DNA from: Polyangiales bacterium
GTDB taxonomy: Bacteria; Myxococcota_A; Polyangia; Polyangiales; Polyangiaceae
Direction: 5' to 3'
DNA length: 64,000 bases
Assembly (NCBI GenBank): GCA_038230375.1
Contig: JBBRNJ010000002.1
Span: 32,001-96,000 of the forward strand
Shown: positions 57,516 to 64,000 of the stretch, piece after piece
How positions within the stretch are numbered: the first letter of the stretch is position 1
How the letters are laid out: every line of letters starts with the position of its first letter
Made by a program: the position numbers and the translations under genes
Notes under the pieces: generated by a model
What the model saw: only the letters and a program-made list of their open reading frames with translations
Database searches by the model: none
What the model was told of the DNA's origin: nothing

Positions 57516-58466
57516 TCATGAAATGGGGTCTGTGGTCTTGCAGAGGACCATCCCTTGCTCGGCGAGCCTGGCGAAGGCATGGTCGGCGATGCGCGGAAAA
57601 TCGAGCGCTGCGGGCAGCGGATCGAGCGGCGGCGGGGGAACCGGGCTCATCGCGTCCACGAGGACGTGGATGCGTGAGAGCAGCGCGCGGTCGCTGGCGT
57701 GGTCGGCCAGGTCCTGCAGCGTGGAGAGAACGCAATGGCTCTTGGCCTGACCGAAGACGTAGACGCGATCGAACGAGAGCAGGCGCTCGTAGAGCTTCGC
57801 ATTGAAGGAGCCGACGTGCTCGCCGCCGAGCTCACTTACCTCCGTGGAGAGCACGGAGTAGTTCTCGGTGAGCGGGTGCTGGCCCTTCATCTCGAACACG
57901 GTGGGGATGTCGCGGGCGACCGCGTGAAAGATGGACGCCTCCATCAGCGCGGGCACGAGCGCATGCGAAACGCCGCCGAGCAGCACGTGGTACGGCCAGA
58001 TCGTGAGCGCGTACTTGCCCGCGGCCGCCAGACTCTCGACGTACTCGCGCGCCCGCGCGTCGCGTGGCACCCACTTACCCGCCGTCACGTCCTCCACGGA
58101 GATGACCGTGAACGGCGCGGGCGCGTTGCCCGCCGCGTCCTTCCAGAACGCGGGGTGGAAGATCTGGTGGACCGCATGCGTGTCGAGCGAGAAGCAGAGC
58201 TCCGTGAGCGCGCCCATGTTCGCGTAGAGCCATCGCGCGGTACGCCCGGTGTCCTCCACGGCGCCCGGCACGAAGAGGCTGGCCCCTGGCGTGCAGAAGC
58301 CAATCTGGCAGTCGATACCGAACGCGACGATCCGCTTCTTGTCGTCCCTGGCCGGACTGATCCCACCGCGGGCGCGCGCCGCAGTGGCGGCCTCGTCGAC
58401 GAGCGCCGCACGCTCCATCCATACGTCGCCGACCTTCGTGGCCTCGAAGAAGCTCGGGATGTCCAT
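57516..58466 (-). CDS. Nicotinamidase-like cysteine hydrolase (isochorismatase family)
   Basis: IDCQIGFC, SLDTH, IWPYH, KG...ENYS, GQAKSHCV (Asp-Lys-Cys triad). GGAGG RBS. Confidence 0.85.
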   Translation of the reverse strand: MDIPSFFEATKVGDVWMERAALVDEAATAARARGGISPARDDKKRIVAFGIDCQIGFCTPGASLFVPGAVEDTGRTARWLYANMGALTELCFSLDTHAVHQIFHPAFWKDAAGNAPAPFTVISVEDVTAGKWVPRDARAREYVESLAAAGKYALTIWPYHVLLGGVSHALVPALMEASIFHAVARDIPTVFEMKGQHPLTENYSVLSTEVSELGGEHVGSFNAKLYERLLSFDRVYVFGQAKSHCVLSTLQDLADHASDRALLSRIHVLVDAMSPVPPPPLDPLPAALDFPRIADHAFARLAEQGMVLCKTTDPIS

Positions 58467-58480
58467 GACGACCTCCAATA

Positions 58481-58497
58481 AAAGTAACTTGTACTTT
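58481..58497. promoter_or_regulatory. Putative NrtR operator
   Basis: AAAGTA-ACTTG-TACTTT palindrome with GT-N7-AC core, directly upstream of the nicotinamidase-nrtR operon. Confidence 0.7.
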
Positions 58498-58552
58498 ATC
58501 TACCCGCTCCCGCCGCGTTCGTCAAGCTTCGGGCGGCGGTCTCAGGTCCCAG

Positions 58553-58840
58553 TCACGCTGAGCCGTCGGAGCCATCTTCCAGCAGCGTGGAGTGGCCGCG
58601 TAGGACGAGGCCGGTCGGCGTGGTGCCGAACCACGGCGAGGAGAGCCCGCACTTCGTGCACACGAGGCGGTAGCTCTTCGCAGCGCCGTCCACGGCGAGC
58701 GCGAAGGCCGAGTCGTCGCGCGGGCAGGGGACCACGTCACCGCCGCGGAAGCGCGCCCACAGGCGGACGACTTCGTCGTTCGAAACGGTGTTCGCCGAGT
58801 TCGCCTCGACGTCCGGAAAGCTGCTGCCTTCGTCGGCCAT
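58553..58840 (-). CDS. Small zinc-ribbon-like protein
   Basis: CPRD...CTKCG in 95 aa. Confidence 0.65.
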   Translation of the reverse strand: MADEGSSFPDVEANSANTVSNDEVVRLWARFRGGDVVPCPRDDSAFALAVDGAAKSYRLVCTKCGLSSPWFGTTPTGLVLRGHSTLLEDGSDGSA

Positions 58841-58902
58841 AGCCCATCTTTTTACTACCTGGGCCAGGAAGAAGATAGCTCAAATCCGACAGCTCCGGAT
58901 AT

Positions 58903-60750
58903 ATGGGGGCCATGCTGGTCGGAGGGCTGAACCGAGGGCTCCCAGGCAGTCCATGGCGTGCGCGGCTCATGTACGTCGCCAGTGCGCTCGCCATCATCGG
59001 GCAGCACGCGCCGCTCATCGGCTACAAGACCTACGCAAACGTCGACGAGGCATATGCGATGGCGCTCGCGTCGCGCCTCATGGACGGCCAGGTGCTCTAC
59101 GTGGGGGCTGTCAGCCAGCGTGGACCGCTCATGTACTACACGTACCAGGCGCTTGCCTCGCTCGTGGGCTGGGACAACGTGGTGGGGTTGCGCGTGGTCG
59201 CGCTGCTCTGGGTGCTGATGTCGCTCGCGGCGCTGGTGTGGGCTGCGAGAGCCACGCTGAAGAGAGGGTCGCCGCTCGTCGCGATCGGGATCTCCGCGTA
59301 TGCGCTCGCATGGGGCATCCCTCCGCTCGACGGCATCGCGTTGCATGGTGAGACGCTCCAGGTACCACTCATGCTCGCCGCCTATGTGCTCGGCGCACGC
59401 GCCATGTCGATCCGTGTGTTCCGCACACGGCTCATGCTGGTCTGCGCTTCTGGTCTAGCGGTGGGCGCAGCGATCTGCATCAAGCAGACGGTCCTCGTGC
59501 ACGTGGCGCCGCTCCTGGTCTGGCTGCTCGTGCGCGGGCGAAAGGAGCTCGCGCGGACGTTGAAGATGGCCCTTGCCTACGTGGCGTCGGCTGCAGTCTT
59601 GCCGCTCATCTTCGTGCTCCACGCGTGGCAGAACGGCAGCTTGCAGAGCTTCGTCTATTACACGTGGACGTACAACACACGCGTCCACGTCGGCGGCGAG
59701 CGCACGAGCAACGCATGGGTTTCGCCGCTGATGCGCGAGGCCATCTTCGACCGCGGCTTCGTGCTCGGGCTGATGTTCATCGGCGTCGTCAGCGGCATCT
59801 GGATCGTGCGACGTGTCCGCGCGGGCGGCGTGCGCGCGCTGATGCGCGGCTTCGGCGTGCGCCAGTACCTGGCACTGCACCTTGCGCTTGCGGTGCTGAG
59901 CGCGAGCGCGCTGCAGCGCTTCTTTCCGCACTACTTCCTTCCAGCGACTGCGTTCCTCTCCCTCATGGTGGCGGTCTGCATCGCGGAGATCGTGCCCCCC
60001 ACGCTCGCGGTGACCTTGCGCACGCCGTTGGCGCTCGTCGGCGGCATCTTCCTCGTCTACTGCGGAGCGGTCGCCGCCTACGGCAACGAGAAGATCGACG
60101 GGCGGGTGGAGGAGGCGCGCACGGTGAAGCAGGTCGCGGGCTACCTTCGCGCGGCGACCACGCCGCAGGACCGCATCTTCGTCTGGGGGTTCTCGCCTTG
60201 GCTCTACGGCTACTCAGGCAGGAAGCCCGCGGGGCGTTTCCTGTTCGAGACGTACGTCACGGGGTTCGTGCCGTGGACCTGGGGCGATCTCCCGATCGAG
60301 CCCACGCGCGTGGTGCCCGGGAGCATGGAGCAGCTCATGGGCGATCTCGAGCGCGAGGACCCCAAGATCGTCGTCGACGCCGGTCAGGTCATGTTCGCGC
60401 GGTCGATGCGCGCCTACGCTGCGCCCGGGCGCTTCCTCCACGAGCGCTATTGCTTCGCGCTGCGCATCAGCGCGTACGACGTCTACCTTCGAAAGGAAGG
60501 CGGCGTGTGCCCGTCGCCGGAGTTCCCCGCGCTGCACCGGACGTTCGACTACAACGACCAGGATCTGGACGCGGAGGCGCCCGCCGCGCTCGACGCTGCA
60601 GCTGCACCGCCGCTCGAGGGTGATCGTCACAAGCCGCTCTTCTTCGGCGCCCCGCCGCCGTTCTGCGAGGCCGCGCGCGACATGTGGTTCGAGAAGAAGC
60701 GGTCCGTCCCGGAGCCGGATCCGTGCGCCCCGGGCGGCCCGCGGCCGTAG
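58903..60750 (+). CDS. GT-C membrane glycosyltransferase (ArnT/PMT-like)
   Basis: DEAY motif in the first loop, many TM segments, IKQ, FFPHYF, IFVWG. Confidence 0.8.
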   Translation: MGAMLVGGLNRGLPGSPWRARLMYVASALAIIGQHAPLIGYKTYANVDEAYAMALASRLMDGQVLYVGAVSQRGPLMYYTYQALASLVGWDNVVGLRVVALLWVLMSLAALVWAARATLKRGSPLVAIGISAYALAWGIPPLDGIALHGETLQVPLMLAAYVLGARAMSIRVFRTRLMLVCASGLAVGAAICIKQTVLVHVAPLLVWLLVRGRKELARTLKMALAYVASAAVLPLIFVLHAWQNGSLQSFVYYTWTYNTRVHVGGERTSNAWVSPLMREAIFDRGFVLGLMFIGVVSGIWIVRRVRAGGVRALMRGFGVRQYLALHLALAVLSASALQRFFPHYFLPATAFLSLMVAVCIAEIVPPTLAVTLRTPLALVGGIFLVYCGAVAAYGNEKIDGRVEEARTVKQVAGYLRAATTPQDRIFVWGFSPWLYGYSGRKPAGRFLFETYVTGFVPWTWGDLPIEPTRVVPGSMEQLMGDLEREDPKIVVDAGQVMFARSMRAYAAPGRFLHERYCFALRISAYDVYLRKEGGVCPSPEFPALHRTFDYNDQDLDAEAPAALDAAAAPPLEGDRHKPLFFGAPPPFCEAARDMWFEKKRSVPEPDPCAPGGPRP

Positions 60751-60808
60751 TCTCGAGATCCTCGCCCTCGGGCGCGTCTGCATGTGCAAGGAGGGCCTCG
60801 AAAGTGCT

Positions 60809-61405
60809 ATGAAACGCGGCGTGCGTGTCTACCAGCATCGGGTGAACACAGTCGGGGCGCTCAACGCGGTTCCGGAGTCCATGGGGATCGAATTCGACCT
60901 CCGTTCGAGCGGAGCCGACGTCATCGTCACCCACGATCCGTTCACGGATGGGCCCACCATCGAGGAGTTCTTCCCTCACATCGGCAAGCGGCCCTGCATC
61001 TTCAACGTGAAGTGCGAGGGCATCGAGCCCCGCGTGCGCGACCTGGCGCTGCGAAGCGGCATCGAGGACTACTTCATGCTCGACCTGTCGATCCCGGCAG
61101 CCGTCAAGCTGGCCCGCGCCGGCGATACACGCATGGCCGTTCGCTACTCGGAGCTCGAGCCGGCCGCATCGGCCCTCGCGTGGAAGGGGCGCGCCAGCTG
61201 GCTATGGGTCGACTGCTTCGAGCGCTTCCCCGTGGACGAGCCCACCTGGTCCGAGCTCGCCGGCGCCTTCCGGATCTGCCTCGTGAGCCCCGAGCTGCAA
61301 GGGCACGCGGGTGAGACCTGGACGCGCCTCCGCGAATCACTGAAGGGTCGCCGCTACGACGCCGTCTGTACGAAGACCCCTGAACGATGGGTCGACGCGC
61401 CGTGA
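60809..61405 (+). CDS. PLC-like/glycerophosphodiester phosphodiesterase-like protein
   Basis: HRVN, GIEFDLR, HDPF, NVKCEG, RYSE, WLWVDCF, VSPELQG, AVCTK. Confidence 0.78.
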   Translation: MKRGVRVYQHRVNTVGALNAVPESMGIEFDLRSSGADVIVTHDPFTDGPTIEEFFPHIGKRPCIFNVKCEGIEPRVRDLALRSGIEDYFMLDLSIPAAVKLARAGDTRMAVRYSELEPAASALAWKGRASWLWVDCFERFPVDEPTWSELAGAFRICLVSPELQGHAGETWTRLRESLKGRRYDAVCTKTPERWVDAP

Positions 61406-63639
61406 CCGACGTTGCCGATCCTCCGGTGCCGGCGCTCCCCGCCGCGCCCGCCGAAGCCCCCGCCGAAGCCCCCGCCGAAGCCAAGCCGGCGCCGCCGCGG
61501 AAGCAGCTTGCCGCGTCGAGTGATGGCCACGGCGAAGACGCGCGCAACCCGCTGCTCTCCGACATCCGCGAGTTCTCGAGCACCAAGGCGTTCTGGGTCG
61601 GTCTGGGCGTGAAGCTGCTCGCGGCGTCGCTCTTCGGTTCACACTTCGTGACGCGTTGGTTCGGGCCCTTCGTCGCGGAGTTCGTCGCGACCGGTCGCAA
61701 CCCGTGGGAGATCTTCCTCGCGCGCGGCGAGCCGCAGGCCTTCCCGTACGGACCGGCCATGCTCCTCGAGCTCGCGGGCTTCTGGCTCCCGGCGCGCCTC
61801 TTCGGGGTCGACCCCGGCTCGCACGTGGGCCTTCTCTTCCTGCGGCTGCCGCTCCTCGCGGCGGACCTCACCATCTGCGTCCTCTTGAAGCGCTGGCTGA
61901 AGCTCGGCGCGCGCGACATCGTACTCACGTACTGGCTGAGCCCGATCGTCCTCTACGCGACCTACATCCACGGTCAGCTCGACCTCCTGCCCACGGCGCT
62001 GCTCTGCCTCGCGCTCTACCTCATGTTCGGGCGTCGCGTGCTCCTCGCGGGCGTTGTCTTCGGGATCGCGCTCGCCACCAAGGGGCACCTGCTCATCGCG
62101 CTGCCGTTCGCGGTCGTCTACCTGCTTCGCCAGCGCCAGCTCGGCCTCGCCTGGCTGCGCTTCACGCTGGTCGTGCTTGCGACGGCCGCAGCGTTCTACG
62201 TCATCCCGCTCTCGTCGCCGGCGTTCCGCACGATGGTGCTCGGCGGCACCGAGGCGCGCAAGCTGTGGTCCGTGGGGATCGCGTATGGAACGGGTGTCTC
62301 GCTCTACATCGCGCCCGCGGCGCTCGCGCTCGCGTTCCTGCGGTTCTTCAGCTACCGGAAGATCAATCGCGAGCTCACGATCATGTTCCTCGGGGTGCTC
62401 TACATGGCCCTCGTGGCGCTGGTGCCCCCGCAGCCGGGCTGGTTCATCTGGTCGCTGCCGTTCGTCGCCTACTTCGGCGCGCGCTTCTCGCGCTCTGGCC
62501 GCTACGCGCTGCTCCTGCTCAACAGCGCGTACCTCGCCTACTTCGTCATCGCGGATCCGGGCGTGTTCTTCGAATCGCTCGATCCGACGCTCGGCGCGGG
62601 CACTGGCGCGCGGATGGCCGCGGCCCTCGGAAACGCGGCTCCGGGCATCTTCTCGCACCACGGCGCGAGCATCGTGTGGACGGTGCTCTTCGCCGCCGCG
62701 TCGCTCACCGCGTTCGAGATGTACCGCAAGGGCGTCCGATCGAATGCACTCTACACGTTTCGCGACGAGTCTTTCATGGTGGGCATCGGCGGTGACAGCG
62801 GCGCCGGCAAGCACACGCTCGGCGCGGACCTTCAGGCGCTGCTCGGCGGCGCGCTGTCGGTCGTGAACGGCGACGACGACCACCGCTGGGAGCGCGGCCA
62901 TGCCATGTGGCGTCGCTATACCCATCTCGACCCGCGCGGAAACTTCCTGGGCGAACAGTCCTCCAGCCTCGCAGCGCTCCGCCGCGGCGGCGACGTGCGC
63001 AAGCGTCAGTACGATCACGATGCCGGCCAGTTCACAGCGCCCGTCCTCATGCGCGCCACGGACTTCATTGCCATCGTGGGCCTTCATCCGTTCTATCTCG
63101 CCTCGCAGCGTCAGGTGCTGCACCTCAAGATCTTCGTCGACCCGGCGGAGGCCGTGCGCCGGAGCTGGAAGGTGGACCGCGACGTGGCGAAGCGCGGCTA
63201 CACCGAGGAGAAGGTCCTTGCCGAGATGGACCGGCGCGCGAGCGACTCCGCCAAATACGTGCAGCCTCAGCGCCGGTACGCCGACCTGGTCCTGCGCCAG
63301 CTCGAGAAGACAACGGGCACTGACATGGCCGTCGAGCTCGAGATCTCGAACCTGCTCGATCCGCTCGCCCTGTTTCACTCGCTCAGCGAGGTCCTGAGCC
63401 TCGAGGTGGAGTGGCTGCCTGACGAGTCGCTCATGCGCGATCAGTTCAGGGTGAAGGGGACCATCGACGCCGAGCAGATCGCACAGCTGGCCACCGCGAC
63501 GATTCCCAACGTCGACGAGCTCGTCACCAGCGCCGCCGCCTGGCAGGAGGGCGGGCGAGGCTTCGTGCAGCTCATCTCGCTCTACGCCATGAGCGCGCGC
63601 CTCCGCTCCACGACCCCCCCCACCGAGATGGTCCTGTGA
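61402..63639 (+). CDS. Fusion of GT-C glycosyltransferase-like membrane domain and phosphoribulokinase/uridine-kinase-like P-loop domain
   Basis: N-terminal FPYGP, LPLLAAD, SPIVLY...HGQLDLLP, TK and about 11 TM segments; C-terminal GIGGDSGAGKHT, DDDHRWER, YDH, GLH, WKVDRD..RGY, YVQPQRRYAD. Confidence 0.82.
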   Translation: MTDVADPPVPALPAAPAEAPAEAPAEAKPAPPRKQLAASSDGHGEDARNPLLSDIREFSSTKAFWVGLGVKLLAASLFGSHFVTRWFGPFVAEFVATGRNPWEIFLARGEPQAFPYGPAMLLELAGFWLPARLFGVDPGSHVGLLFLRLPLLAADLTICVLLKRWLKLGARDIVLTYWLSPIVLYATYIHGQLDLLPTALLCLALYLMFGRRVLLAGVVFGIALATKGHLLIALPFAVVYLLRQRQLGLAWLRFTLVVLATAAAFYVIPLSSPAFRTMVLGGTEARKLWSVGIAYGTGVSLYIAPAALALAFLRFFSYRKINRELTIMFLGVLYMALVALVPPQPGWFIWSLPFVAYFGARFSRSGRYALLLLNSAYLAYFVIADPGVFFESLDPTLGAGTGARMAAALGNAAPGIFSHHGASIVWTVLFAAASLTAFEMYRKGVRSNALYTFRDESFMVGIGGDSGAGKHTLGADLQALLGGALSVVNGDDDHRWERGHAMWRRYTHLDPRGNFLGEQSSSLAALRRGGDVRKRQYDHDAGQFTAPVLMRATDFIAIVGLHPFYLASQRQVLHLKIFVDPAEAVRRSWKVDRDVAKRGYTEEKVLAEMDRRASDSAKYVQPQRRYADLVLRQLEKTTGTDMAVELEISNLLDPLALFHSLSEVLSLEVEWLPDESLMRDQFRVKGTIDAEQIAQLATATIPNVDELVTSAAAWQEGGRGFVQLISLYAMSARLRSTTPPTEMVL

Positions 63640-64000
63640 GCCCGAAGGAAGCGACGCCGTTGAAAGGCAGGGACCGGATCCTGCTCGACCTGGACGACAC
63701 GTTGTATGCGTGCGCGCCAGCTGAGGCCGCTGCGGCCGCCGCAGTGGTGAACGAGATCGCGACTGCGCTCGCTATGACGCCAGCGGCCGTGGAGACCGCA
63801 TGGGCCGCGGCGCGCACAGCGGTGAAGCAGCGCATCGACGGTCGCGGGAGCTCGCATTCGCGCCTTCTCTATGCCGCGGAGCTCGTGCACGCCGTCGGCC
63901 GCCCCGATGCACTGGCAAAGGCGCGCTCGTGGGAGCGCACGTACTGGCGAGCATTCCTCGGCGCTGCGACCCTCCGCCCGCGCGCGCTCGCGTTTCTGCG
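63636..64000 (+). CDS. HAD-superfamily hydrolase (partial, runs off the window)
   Basis: Not in the ORF track. GTG 63636 overlaps the upstream stop; translation contains ILLDLDDTLY (HAD motif I). Confidence 0.8.
   Translation, partial: MSPKEATPLKGRDRILLDLDDTLYACAPAEAAAAAAVVNEIATALAMTPAAVETAWAAARTAVKQRIDGRGSSHSRLLYAAELVHAVGRPDALAKARSWERTYWRAFLGAATLRPRALAFL

Noticed and set aside
62773..63639. Calvin-cycle phosphoribulokinase indicating autotrophy
   Set aside because: The domain is fused to a membrane transferase in a glycan-type cluster, and no cbb genes are in the window.

Overview
High-GC chromosomal segment. The gene content (MglC-like roadblock protein, Hanks-type Ser/Thr kinases, FHA proteins, Cys-rich lipoproteins, a myxobacterial-type SOS box) suggests a myxobacterium, probably Polyangiales; this is an inference. 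The window holds about 60 CDS and two tRNAs (Leu-CAA, Pro-GGG). Housekeeping genes include accB, aroQ, hisF/hisA/hisH, recN, map, queD, rpsU, deoC and argB/argC. No transposase, integrase, phage gene or CRISPR array was recognised. Main candidate for a new system: a PlpX-like radical SAM/SPASM 'splicease' placed head-to-head with a small zinc-ribbon/transmembrane protein whose lipobox Cys is directly followed by the Tyr-Gly target motif (LMAC-YG-PPP). Other highlights: (1) four intact-ORF pseudoenzymes in the first 12 kb (aconitase, tandem histidine kinase, kinase-like, Fic); (2) a GT-C glycosyltransferase fused to a phosphoribulokinase-like kinase in a surface-glycan cluster; (3) a candidate nucleoid-associated protein after tRNA-Leu; (4) a Cys/His hydrolase-like lipoprotein; (5) a recurring leaderless-type -10/start-codon architecture. 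All family assignments come from reading motifs by eye; no database searches were run.
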